Shown here: in pieces, positions 16,582-29,742 of the stretch
How positions within the stretch are numbered: position 1 is the first letter of the stretch
Layout of the letters: every line of letters begins with the position of its first letter
NCBI GenBank assembly: GCA_045837725.1
Contig: JBEWZL010000101.1
Location: 62,001-126,000 of the forward strand
DNA: 64,000 bases
Direction of reading: 5' to 3'
Source: Vermamoeba vermiformis
Lineage: Eukaryota
Program-made: the position numbers and the translations under genes
Notes under the pieces: model-generated
Seen by the model: only the letters and a program-made list of their open reading frames with translations
The model's database searches: none
Told to the model about the DNA's origin: nothing

Positions 16582-19500
16582 ATGGCAGATCAACCACAAA
16601 TAGAATTTAATAATCTGCCTACTGAAGCTTTATTCAGCTTCTTCTTTGCCTTGGATCCCCTGACACTCGGTAAAAATCCCGCCTAAAATATTCTGCCGTT
16701 TTAAAATTACATGAAGATACGAATTTGGGTGAAAAAAGATCATTAATATTAATATACTATTACAGTCCATTAAAATAATATTTAAAAATAAATTTAGGCA
16801 ACTACAGTACGGTCTGCAAGAGATGGAGTCAGCTAAGTAAAGACAACGAGCTGTGGCGTCAATATTGCCTTCAACGATGGGAAAAAAATCCTAAAGAATC
16901 AGATTGTAGCAGAAACTGGCTTATTCCCGTGCGTGAAGGAGGTAAGAATTGAGTTTTCTTCCGTGATCTGCTAGATCTTATGAATAATCCTATTAATTAT
17001 TAGGCGGTCAAAAAGAAACAAGAATTGATTGGAAAAAAGTTTATATCTTACGGTACGCTTATTTAAAAGCCTAGAAAGTGAAATTAATTTTGGATCCTGG
17101 ATTTAGCGACATTGCCGATAAAGCTAAAGAAGTTGTTAATACGTTGCTGAATTCAAGCAATAAGCCCAAGCTAGCCTTCTTAAAGAAGAATACAAAGAAG
17201 AACACAGATCCGTTTTCAAAAGGTTGGCCTACGGTCGACGATCTCGCCGCCTTCGATAAGCGCGTTCATATTGCTTGGAGAAAAGCAAGTGAATTTACAG
17301 GCGATGAGCCATTCCCATTTGACGCATCTGAACTGCACGACAAGTTCATGCACATTATTGATTTTTATTTTGAGATGGAGTTAATGATGCTCAAGCAATC
17401 AACTGTTGCAAGACAAAAACATTTGTTAATGACCAGCAATTTATTGCTAAAATTTAGCGAATTTATCAAAGAGATGATCGTAGTATTGCCCGAAAGGTGA
17501 CCAAAACAAATCTATTTTTTATTCGTAGATCTGACTTTGATTATTTCATGATTAGATTGGCTAAAACAGCCGCTGCTTATGTAAATATCGCCAGAGAAAA
17601 AGATATTCCAATCGAGATTGTTACCAAACACTTGGAAAGTTGCGCAAGGATCTTCGCTGCGATGAACGAAAACACGCCCTTAAAATATTTCCAACCAACA
17701 TATTTCAGCAATATAACATTACTAGTTGCTTCAGTTATTAAAGTAATGGAGATCTGGCCATTGGATGAAGCCTTTGTAAGTCATATTGAAATTTCAACCT
17801 TTGCGCAGCTCTAGATCTGGCGCAATATTTACACTATTGTAGGATAAATGGGTCAACGAATTTGTCGATGCTGAATCAACGACGTCACCTACATATGACT
17901 TAGAAGAGTGTCTTGACATTGTGAGCTTTTCTTTAAGTAAGTCAATAGTAACAAGTGACTGGATCCGACGAACTAATTTTTTTGATACCAGGATCTAATA
18001 GCAAATTTGTCTACGATTTGCTGAAGAAAATGGTGCATAATATTGGTCCTCCAAATACACCTCGCAAACGACTGACTGTCATGAGTGTCATTGTCGGATT
18101 CGCATCCGGTTGCAAAGAACACGTTGGAAAAAATCTTGCTGAATTCATGGACGAGTAATATAACTAATATTTTACTAAACAGTATATATGCAATTAATAT
18201 TTCTCCTACTAGGTTCTTTTTCCCGTTCTTCGAACCGAAGTCGGATCCAAAGGAGGCAATTTCGATGTTGTATTACTGTTCGGCCAGTTTATTTTTTATT
18301 GATGTAAGTACCTTATACATAACGACAAGTATAACTAACGATTTTTTGATAGCGCGAGACCGAGCCTTCGATTGAAACAAAAGTCCTGTCGCAGTTCATC
18401 AAAATGACGGATGTCAAAAATAACACGTAAGACCTGCGATCAAATACTAATAATATTATTACTTATGAACGTATATAGGTTCCAAAAGCAACTATGCAAC
18501 TTTATTATTTCGTACTGCGAACGAATTTTCGAGCACGATTTTATGTTGCCTTTTCTGCCTGCCTTGTTCGACGTTTTCTACGGACTGTTGCGCACTGATG
18601 ATATCGATCTTAGAGTCGACGCTATTCTCGCCATTAGTTCATTGATTATCACCTGTGGGTCAGTCTTTCTTCAAGTATGTAACGAGTGGATGATTCCAAC
18701 CTCAACCCAAGCCAATTTCCTTAAAAGGAAATTAAGTTATGATATGAAAATCCTCGAGCTTAAACGAAATCTACCTCGAATAATATTGATTTCCTTATTT
18801 GGCATAAGCATCTCAATAGCTCAATTCCGTTTAACAATACATTTTTTCCGCAGTACCGCGAGAGATTGATGAAAGAATTCAAAGAGGTGCTGCTCAGAAC
18901 TAACGGTGAAAAAAAGACCCGTGAAGCAGTTATTGAAGCGATGGTCAGAATCGGTGCTGGTGTCGAGAACAACGATATTTCAACGGAATTAGAATCGACC
19001 TACGAGCAAATGATTGAAGACTTTAAGAAAGATCGACCGGCCAATGAAGAAATGCTCGTGAAAATGACAGAATTTTTCGTGTCAGCCTTGGGCGATAGAT
19101 TTGAGAAGTATTTGGCCTTTATATTGCCTATTATTCTCGAACAAGTCAATTCGAATGTCATCGATGTCGTGGCGCCTAATCCACAGCAACAGAACAACAA
19201 CAATAATAATGGTAAGACTTAATACCGCCCTATAATTAGATTAGTATTATTTCTCGAAATATTCTAAACAAAATATTTTTATTTAGCAGCGAATGCCAAC
19301 CAAAATAATAATAATGCCGCTGCGATGGAACAAGAAGGCGAAGATGAAGATGAAGACATGCAATTAGCTGAAGAGGTAAGGATAAAATTAATATTAATAT
19401 CGCGCAACGAGTCTTATTCTTTACGTAGCCCGAGGTCAAAGTGAATAGTGTTCAAGCGACGTTGAAAAAATCAGCGATCAATGCGCTGTTGAAGATCATT

Positions 19501-21172
19501 GGTCAGCTCAACATCGAAACTCTGTTGCCGATCAAGACTGGATTATATGACGCTATTGTCTCTATTCTACGCGGTGACAACACGATTGGTACATCCACGA
19601 AAAATATTAATTTGAATTATTTTTTAATTTAATTACTCCATTTCTTTATTCTAATCATTTGTATTTTAGAATGCATGACGCTGGCAGCAGAGGCATTCTA
19701 TCTGTTCGCGCTCAAATTTGAAGGCGCAGCGAACAAGACCAATCGCGTTACATTTTTGAACGACGCAGTGCTCATCTTTTTGAATGCAATCGTGCTCATT
19801 GCGAATATGGCTGATCGAGCTAAAATACTCAACTGGTTCAATCAGGTAACAAACGAAAGCTTTCTTTTGAATCGATGGATTTTTTATCCATTCCCAGACG
19901 TTCCTTATTTGGAAAGTTGAGTTTAACTCATCTCTGTTGACGCTGTTTGGTTAGGTTGTGCTCCATTTAATTACTGTTGGTGCTGATGAAGAGCCTGTAT
20001 TGACCGTAGTGCCTACACGTGTGCTCACTTCAACCGTGTACGAGCTCATGCAAATGTTGGACGAAGACATGCCCATCGAAGACAGAAAAGAATTCGCTAT
20101 AGAGGTATCGATCGATCGATTTCCTATTTAACTTCATTACTAAATAAGGATATTTTATTTTTAGATCGCGAATTTGTACGAAGAAGTTTGCAAGAATGTC
20201 CGAGGCGAAGCGCGCGAGAAATTCTTCGAAATTAGCAAGAATCTGTACGAAAAAGCCGTTCAAACCTTTGCAGATGGAGGTGCAAATGAAGAACGGTGGT
20301 TTGAAGTCAGTTTGTTGGTGATTACATTCGATCACTTGGGCGACTTGTTCAAGACTACTGATTACATGGTATGCACTTGCACATTGCCTAATTTGGAAAT
20401 TTACTTAAATCTATCTTTGCAGATGAAACTCCTTCCCGTACTAGAACTGTGCAAAGAAATTGATGCGGACGAAGTTCAACAGTCAATTGCCTATCATTTT
20501 GGTAATACAAATATATTGTAGTATTATAGCTCGTATTTAATATTGATATGAAGGTGTTATGGTCAAAAAATATCCCTCGTATCTTCCTGCCGACAACGGC
20601 TTGGGTAAGTCTTCACATCCAAAGTTCAACACAACGGTTTTATTAATTTTATTTTACGACCGAAGAGCACTTAAATTGGTTATTATCCTTGCTCACACCA
20701 GAAGTTCGTTCCGCCTCCCCAGCCTTATACGACAATGCCTTAGGTAAATATTATTAATTTTTTGAATTTTTATTTATTATGTTGACTGATGCCTATATAT
20801 CATTAGTGTCTGTTGGACATACATTAAATTGCTGGCAAGCGAACGGCATAGACATTACAGCGCACTTCAAGCAATTCGCAATGAAATTTCCTCCGACTGA
20901 CAACGGCGACAAAGCTGAAGGCGCAATGTGCTATCATATCTTGCTGCAATTGGGTAACAAGTAAGTATAATTATCGAATCGCGATATAAAGAGCTAACTT
21001 TTAATCAAGCAACCCGGATCTGGTCAAAAACGATGAAAAGTTATTGAACTATCTCGAAGAGGTTGGTTTTGCTGGTCGAAGAGTGCAAGAATTTGTATTC
21101 GTCAGTGGAAAGTTCTTAAGATGGATTCAATTGAATGTCAAAGGTCAAACCAACACGCCAACCGATAAATAA
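16582..21172 (+). CDS. F-box protein with importin-4/5 (karyopherin-beta)-like HEAT repeats
   Basis: N-terminal NNLPTEALFSFFFALDPLTL...VCKRWSQLSKDNELWRQYC; C-terminal ALGDRFEKYLAFILPIILEQ, acidic loop, EVQQSIAYHFGVM, LYDNALVSVGH; many GT-AG introns; stop TAA 21170-21172. Confidence 0.7.
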
Positions 21173-21211
21173 TTTAATATTTTATTTTTAAATTGCACAA
21201 TTACATTGTAA

Positions 21212-24200
21212 TTAAAAAAATTGTATTATCCACAAGAAATGACATACAGCCATAACAACACCGCTTGAAATTGCGGTAGGATTATCATTGGTCAGCGAAA
21301 ATGATCCTGTGGGCTGTTCTACGGCACATTGAATGCGATAGAAATATTCCGAGGACGAATCAGGATTAAGATCCACAGAAATTTTGCGATCTCTATCGCC
21401 ACCCGCATCCGCTGTCCGACTGAATGATCCGAACAGTTTGTCGCCACTAATGTCTACGTGACATATATCGCTGTCAGGGGCTCTATACTGAATCCTGACT
21501 GAGCTGCCAATGACTTCAACTGTCACATCTGACACGCGACCTTGCAGCCTAGTTCGTTCGGATCATCCGTACCCACACAATATGCGTTGTCAAATACACT
21601 CATTTGATCATCACAATCTGTCTTTGATACGCTGTAATCTGTGATCTCAAAATTTGACTTCACAGTTAAGTTAGTGACACCTGTCAAAACCAATGAGAAT
21701 CCCAGTTTGACACGTGTCAATCTAAACACCTAGATTAAAGACTATAATTACCTGGAATTACGATAATTGACAGCACACTCTTCAAAAGCACTCCTCGAGT
21801 TCGTCGCGTTAATGGGTGGTTTGACGTCTCTTTGGCCGTAAAAAGCAGCGCTCGATATAAATCCGCCGTATTGATAGTCGTTGTTCATTTCACCAATGTT
21901 GTTTTCTATCAAAATGCCTGAAACGCGGCAATTGCCAATAAAGGCAAACACTAAAAATGAAATTTTTCAGTCAGTAGCTCAAACAGTCCTAAAATACTAC
22001 GGTACAATAAATTGATCTGATCCAAGGAATAGTTTACAAAAATTAAATCAAGGCAACGATACGTACCAGGAGCAAGTCCTCGAGAAAAACCAGTGTTATG
22101 GGTGATACTGACGTCTTCCAGAGCATAATCGAGGTAAATTGATTGCCCGCCAAAATTAAATACTTTTGTTGGGCCATCCTCTGAACAATAACGGCCGTTA
22201 TTAGGATTATATTTAATAATAGCTAGTTATTGATGGTATACGTACTGCTAGGAAGAGATCTGAAAGTATAATAATCCACGTCGATAATGTTGTTCGAGAT
22301 GCGGATGCGTTGCGTGTTTTCAACGGTTGCTGAAGACAGTGTTTCATGTCCAAAGACCATAATACCCTCACTAGTATTGATGATCGTATTGTCGGTAATG
22401 TCCATGTCTGCTATTCCATGATGCTGATTGGCTCCAGTGCCCGCTACAAAAAAAAATTAAGTACGAATGAGATAATTATGGAGTATGGTAAATTAATTAA
22501 TAATAATTAATAACTAAGTACCTCTCGGACTAAACAAGATCGTAGGACCTAAGGGAATTGAATCAGCCCAGTTGCCGTCGAGAAAATATTTCCTCGAACT
22601 TTAAACTGGCGACCGACCTACAAGAAAGGTTTGTTAACAATAGCCTAATATTTGAAACAATATCAGGCGTACTTTAGCTTCGAGTTGATGTCGTAGCATG
22701 TAGTAACGTCCGTTCGAAGTCGCAGATCCAGCCATGTACTTGAGATCCGTATGGATTGTATTTCGCTCGATTATTACGTTGAATGGCATAATATCTCCAA
22801 ACTGTTCATAAATACCAAAGCGTATTAGTTATGATGATTAAGGAAAACTGAGTAAGATCGGATCTGCAGATCTTACCTCTTCGGCGAAGATCGTGATTCC
22901 CGGAATGTCCTTAATTAGATTATTATAGATCATTTTGTTCACGCCTGTAGTGATACTAAACGCTACTCCAACATAGTTGGCAGTTTTGGCGTATTCGTAG
23001 GTATTTGTAACGGGTTTAACGCCTTTCCAGTTGCTCAACTCTTGCACGACTGAATTCATCACCACGCTGTCATTAGCAGCCATTTGAATAGCACTCAAAT
23101 ACCGATAAGGAAAGCCACGGCCACTGAATATGCACCGATCGAAAACGCATTTTGATGAGCTGCTGAATAAGCCGATAAAGTCCATAATGATATCAATGTC
23201 TTGCACGACCCATCCACCACCATTATAGCCACTCAACGGACCATCTGAAATTTCCAAAATATTAACACATAGCGACAGAAGTTTTTTTTTGTTACCTATA
23301 GTAAGTACTCTGAAAGAATTAGGACTCAGCACGTCGTACAAAACTCCGTTTAATATGCCAGGCACACCACTAACTTGCGCACCAGTCTTAACTTCGATAA
23401 AGCCGCAGTCTGAAAGACATTGACCTACAAAGTGATGTCAGATCTGCGATCGATAACTTTTTTCTGTTTCTTATTGTGAGTATGTAATTGACGTACCAGC
23501 AGGGAAATTGCTTTGCATGGCCATGGAGCTATCAGACGGCAAGCTGGAAATGCCCCACAAGCCATTGAACGTAGTGACCGAGCTGGAGGTAACTTGAACG
23601 ACACCATAGGCAATCTCGTAATTATGCGACGATGATATAGTTATAACACCATCATTAATCGACGTTATGCTGATTTTAGGATTGACAGCCAACATGTGTG
23701 GTGATGACAGGTGTCACTTCGTTTGACACGGACGCAATGTCAATGGGTCTAAATGCTGCATACACTAGTCCAGTGCCTATCACCCATGACCCACTCACCG
23801 AGGAGGACCGCAAATCCAACATGATTGCATTGGTAGGTGCTTGATCACGCGAGTAAATGCGGTGATGAGAATTGAGACCGATCAGGCCTTCAACTCCAGC
23901 CACACTGACCAAACTGTGCGTCGTAATCAATTCGTTGTCGGTGATTGTGTCGTTCAATACTAGCACCACCAGATCGCCGTCGAGATTAATTTGAGATATT
24001 CCAAAATACACGGGAGTCACTTCACTCGGATCCATTGTTGTGAACTCAATTCCAACGAACCGCCAGTAATGCGTGTCGTACGCCCTAACGAGCCCTGCAC
24101 CTCCTGCATTTTTTGCGTACTTTGGATGCAGGGTCAGAGTTGCCATATAAGGCAAGTACGAAGGGTTTGTACGGACACCTTCGGGTGGCAATAAATCTAA

Positions 24201-25064
24201 ATGAGAAGTTCTGACGACGATATAACCAGGTCCGCTACGTGCGGGTAAAGTTAACGGGCCTACAAGAATAAAATTAATAAATTTCTCGGTACGTGCTCGA
24301 AATTTCGTAAAGCAAAAAAATTCGTACCATCACAAACAGCACCGGCTTGAATTACAATCTCGTGATTGAGATTCTGATCAGCTTGAGCAGCAGCTGCAAA
24401 GGTCTCCGTTATATTGACGCAACGATTGTTCTCGTCCATAGGCAGAATAAAAGAAGATCCATCTATTTGCGGCATCGGAATATCAAATGTATCTGTAGTA
24501 GTCGGATGAGGTGGAATAGGGGAGTCGCTAGGTCTGGCAGCTGTAACAAATGAAGGGGGTACTCCGGCTCCTTCACAAGTGTAACCAGATCCAGCACTCG
24601 CATCCGAACAGAGTACCTGGCTGTTGATCTCGTTGTTTGCCGTAATTACTGGATTGAAATAATATTTTGTAGATGGAGCAAGACCTCCTATGCCAAATGC
24701 TTTCATCGTGGAACTTCGAGCTAAGGGGATGCGCAAAAAAAAGAATTAAATTAAATTTGAAATTCAAAATATTCAATATTAGTTTTGTCCTAAGCTTACA
24801 AGTCATGGTATATGTTGATGAACCCAATGCCGTAGTCGTGCCAAAGTCAACGCGATCGGACGTAGCAGCATCTTGGGCCAAGTAAACGCGGAGCGTAACA
24901 GAGCTACATTGGATAAATTTAAAAACTAATATCGTTTTAATAAATAATTACCTGTGGCTAATATTATCAACCTCGAAGGACGATATAACCGGAGCGGAGC
25001 TCGCTATATTGCAGCAAAAGATCAGAAATGTAACGGCAAAAAACCACTTCGCTAGCTCGCGCAT
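21212..25064 (-). pseudogene. Secreted FN3 + parallel beta-helix protein of bacterial appearance; intron-containing, apparently frameshifted
   Basis: Signal peptide MRELAKWFFAVTFLIFCCNIASSA; GLAPSTKYYF; LPPEGVRTNP; NVIIERN, DMDITDN, RIRISNN, DVSITHNT beta-helix coils; hydrophobic C-terminus. Extra TC at ~22580 breaks GNIF/DGNWAD; further frame breaks near 23695, 21760 and 21550. Confidence 0.6.
21708..21719. promoter_or_regulatory. Palindrome TGACACGTGTCA (intronic)
   Basis: Exact 12-mer; variant TGACACCTGTCA at 21675-21686 straddles the same intron's 3' splice site. Confidence 0.6.
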
Positions 25065-25370
25065 CTGAAGGAATAATTGGGCAGATAGCTGTGTGGCTTT
25101 TGCTGTGTAGTAATAATAAGTATAATCTTTCGAGAAGAAGAAATTTTTCTTGTTCTGAAAATTCGCTGCGTAATTACAGTATTTTTGTACTGCTTCTAAT
25201 TACGAAATGCTTTGACTCGGTAGTATAGTAGTTTGTACGGTATAGATATTCAACGTCAAGAACTTACTCCGTTTCTTTGGCCTTGAGCGAGCATTTTGAG
25301 TTGGAAGGGCGGTGGTTTTGATCAGCTGGTCAGTAAGACTATATTTTATATAATATTACACGAATTTTAC

Positions 25371-26234
25371 TTATTTTTTGCTTTTTCCAAAGTTTTTAAG
25401 CTGCGCTAATAACGCATTTCTGTTGGCCGCACCGGATGGCTTTGACTGCGAAGGCTGTTTGGCCATAGGAGGAGGTGGGGCTAGGAAATACCGTCATATT
25501 AAAATAAGTCACTAATATAATGCTATTTAAATTCCTTACGCGGTGCATCGACTAGGTATTGTTCCAATTTTAGCGCTCTGTTGATCAGCGAAGGCAAAAT
25601 ACTAGTATCAATATTTACTACGCCTAGATTATGCTCATCTTCATATTCACGTAGCTCTACCAGTCCTGGCGTGCCTAACTCTACGTCTTCGCGAACACGT
25701 TCAATCGGATTCGTAGCATCGCTAACATTCTAAAGGTCAGAATCATTGCTCGATTAGGCATTAATTTAAATCTCACTGAGTTCCGTGAGCCAAAACGATG
25801 GGTAATTGAGGTACTATTGTGCTCGAGGTCTAAAAATCATGACAGTCAGTCAATCTGGACGAGACCGATCGGAAGTAAAGACTTACGCTCATGGCACTTA
25901 ACAATACGAGTGGTTTTTTCCAAATACCAGCTGACACCAACTCAGCTGCATATTTACCGCCTCTAAATTGAAATTACAGTTTAATTAATTAAGGATCTGA
26001 AAATTTAAAAATAGAATAAACTGACCTGGAAGACGCTATAATCACATTGGGCTGCCACGTCTCTATTTTATTTTTTAAAATTTCTACGCCTTTTTCCAGC
26101 TCATCTGTTGGTTCTGGAACTATTATCATTTCAACTGTAAATACATTCTGGATGTGCTTTATCCTTCCATCTTTGGAAAACCCTTTATCAATAACGAGTA
26201 CCTTGACATCTAACTGCGGTTCTATTGTCTCCAT
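25371..26234 (-). CDS. Alpha/beta-hydrolase-fold protein with polyproline and WH2-like C-terminus
   Basis: Spliced: PNVIIASSR|GGKYA (nucleophile elbow), IVLAHGTH|DATNPIE (Asp), EYEDEHNL (His), then APPPPPPMAK...NRNALLAQLKNFGKSKK*. Confidence 0.7.
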
Positions 26235-26314
26235 TGTGATGTTCGTTAAATTTTTGGCTCGATCAAAGTTTCTTTATTTTTCATTCAATTCTGGCTTGAG
26301 CTACAACACGAGAT

Positions 26315-29300
26315 ATGGACGATATTATTAGCGTACTGTCTAATGAAATCTTGCTGCAAATAGCAGAGTTCATTCCCACTGCGCGAGACCTGTTCAGTTT
26401 TCGTGTTGTTTGTCAAGCCTTTAATCTGATCGCAGATGACGTGTCATCGACTCTTTGGCGTCAGTATTACGCAGACAGATTTAATATTAACGAACGCGAG
26501 CTCGAGGGTCATAATGAAATTAAGTAAGTAGAATTTCTTTCGTGCCATTAAAAATCTTTTTGCGTGGAATTCATCTTTTTAACTCCTTAATAGCACCAAA
26601 ATTTTAGCTAAGCTATATGAAATATTATTTACCAGTTTTTAAGCAAATTGACGGCTGTAAGCCTATTTTTGTGGTGATCTGAATTTTCCAAATATTTTCC
26701 CCGCATTTATTTGAATTGACAGGGACTGGAAAGAACGATACAAGACAAGAGTACTTAAGGAAGATAGTCTCTTGGCTCTATCAGAGCCCATTCCTGACAC
26801 TAGACCACAAACAATCGAGACGTTGAAGCGCATTGTCCACATCCACAACAAAAATCGCGAGCTGAAGCCTTTAATTGCTCCAGAGCCCGAACCTGCACCA
26901 GAGCCTACACCTAATGCCGCTATTGAAGAGCCCAACGACCAACCTATAATTCCTGCAGCTGATCCGGACGCACCAGCGAATCCTGAAGAAGAAAATCCAC
27001 CACCGCCACAAAACCCAGTTCTTGGCGGGCTGCAAGTCGAGGCAGACGGTGGATTGTTTTTCAATGCCGTAAAGCACGACGAGGCAGAATTATACGCACG
27101 AGCTCCGTTGGATCAACTTCGTTGGTGCCTGCAAGATTTGTATTCTCAGATCAACAACTTTAAGCTCTTGATTCGCATGTCAGGTACGTATAATATAATC
27201 CATTACAATAGTACTAATTATAATAGCCGTCCAAGAAAATGAGGACGAAGAAGATGTCAAAAAAATTGAGCTACATCCGTTCGTGCAAGTCGGAGCTTTT
27301 GACTTGGTTATTTCGCTATTGAACAAATACGTCGATGATGCCCAAACATTTGAACACGCCCTCTTTTGCGCTGATTACTTAGGTATTACCTCTTCTATCA
27401 AAAATATTTTTTCTTCCGTAAGGCCTTACACTTTTTTCATACAGTGCGAGCCATGGCGTTTTCGACTGAAATTTTGGGCATTGTAAATCCATTGCTGCAC
27501 GCTATTGTAGTGCACACTGAGCAAAAGATTCGATCACGTGCCACACATCTGTTGTGGTACTTGATGAAACAGACGTACGTGCGTCGTTTGTTCTGCGAAC
27601 TTGGCGGCATTCCTCAATTTGCCAAATTGATCAAAACACCCGAGAGCGAGGACAATCCTCGGTCACTCCACATCAACTGCATTGCGACGTTGACCTGGGT
27701 CTATTCAGGTAATTATCTGCAAAGAAAATTGTTGCAAAACTAACGCTCGGACCATGACAGAAAACAGCGATGCTGAAATGCAAGCAGCAGATTTAGTGCC
27801 GCAAATGATTGACAACTTGAAAGTCGATGACGGCTCAAGATTGGCTGAAGTGTCAGCCAAGTTATTGTACAGCTTGGCTAAATTTGGTAAGTGGCAAAAG
27901 TGACACGTGTCATCGCATGTCACTAACAAAAATCTCCTCAGACTCGGCTAGAATTGTCAAGCTTGGTGGTGTTGAGGCCTTGGCAAGTCTTATTAACCAC
28001 AAGAACGAAGCGATTGCCTCATCGGCTGTTGACACTTTACTCTCACTCAGCTGGGAAGGTACGCACTCGAACAACTTTGAACGAGCTTCTTTGGCTCAGA
28101 GAACACGGGAACTAATTATCCTTTACAGAGGCCGGTGCCGCGTACTTGGCCGAGACCAGCACGATGGAGTCAATCATCACGCTGATGCGTCAAAATGCTG
28201 AGCCTGGTGACAATCAATCACTGATCATTGTCGACAAGTGTCTCAGACTGCTGTACAACTTGATGTGCCACTCAGGTAAGTCCTGGAATAATATAATTAT
28301 ACGTACGTAGATTAATACTAATGTGTTGTTATAGAGCTTCAAATGATGAAGTTCCTCGAGTTGGATGGGCTCAAAACAATGTTCGATATTTTGCCGTACT
28401 GCTTGCAGACTGAAGAAGGTCCCAAAACACTCGTTCTATCCTATTTGAATATGATGAGTGGTTCTATTAACGGTGCCATGGAGATGGGTAAGTTTCTTAA
28501 GACATTTGTTCTGGATGTGGCAAGCTAACGAGATCTCAACTTGTTGCAGGTCAAACTGAAGAACTGTTGCCAATGTTGAAAGCCAACCTCGAGAAATTTG
28601 CAGCGATGATCGATCACACTGACTTGCGCGTGCAACATCGCGTCGTGGATTTCTTCTTGAGCGTCACTTGCGGTAAGTCAGCATAGGTTGTATTAAATGT
28701 AATGACGCTAATTTCCTTTTATAGTAACTGCACCTGAAGGCCCCTCAGCTGAGGCTATTATTAGCAAGCTGTTGAATAAGTTGAAGTCGCCCGACAGTGA
28801 AAAATATCTGAGACTTAACTCGGCAAACGTGTTGGCCAACTTGGCTGAAACTGATTGTACGTCACCATTTAATATCTCATTATAGTAATATATTAACATA
28901 TAATATAGCTCAATTATTCGCTTTCTGCGATTTGAAAGATTTGACCGATTTCTTGACGGATGCATTGACCGCAGCGGATGTGACCAAAGAAGAAGAGACT
29001 TGGTCCTTGAGTTTGATCGGATACTTATTAAACTTGGGTATGTTACAATAGGCAAACATATAACTTCTATAGTATTAACATTTGCTATTCCAGAGGCCGT
29101 GCGAGATTTCCTTATTGCCAAGCCCAAGGCCCTCGACGTGTTATTTGAATGCACCAAACAACCCCTGGCCGCTGATGTACGCTTCAGAGCTGTGCTGGCA
29201 TTCAGTTACTTGAATCTGACTGGCAAGCTCGACCGCAAGTACCTCACGTCCCTCGAAGACTTTGCGACGAGTGTCTTCTTCAACATCAAATGGGGCTTTG

Positions 29301-29600
29301 TGTTCCCGTTCTTGGACGCGTACAGACACCTGTTCAACAGCGAGCAAGAAGAAGTGTGTTTGTTTGCTGCGTGGTTCATGGCCCACATTAGCACGAACGG
29401 TAAGTGGATCCAGGTGACTTGTAAGAATATTATATTGATTGTATGATATAGAACCCGGTAAGAAGAGTGCTAAATCGTTGGATCCGAGCGTTATTGCACG
29501 ATTTGAAAATATGCAGCACTCCAAGATCCAGTTCTTCATGCAACAGTTCCACCGAAACATGAGTGCCAAGACGTCGTTCTTGTTCTTCCACAATCATTAG
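26315..29600 (+). CDS. F-box + armadillo-repeat protein
   Basis: VLSNEILLQIAEFIPTARDLFSFRVVCQAF...LWRQYY; ARM motifs ELGGIPQFAKLI, KLGGVEALASLI, ELDGLKTMFDIL; stop TAG 29598-29600. Confidence 0.8.
27901..27912. promoter_or_regulatory. Palindrome TGACACGTGTCA (intronic)
   Basis: Exact 12-mer in intron gtaagt...ctcag of the F-box/ARM gene. Confidence 0.6.
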
Positions 29601-29742
29601 ATCTGTGATGACTGCCATGGATATTGTATAAATTGTCATTTTTTGTTAAGTTCCTTGATAAAAGTTTATTCTTCAAAACAACGAATCATGATTTCAGTGC
29701 TAAAAATACAATATGCAAATCAAATTGGCTTGCTCATTCTGC

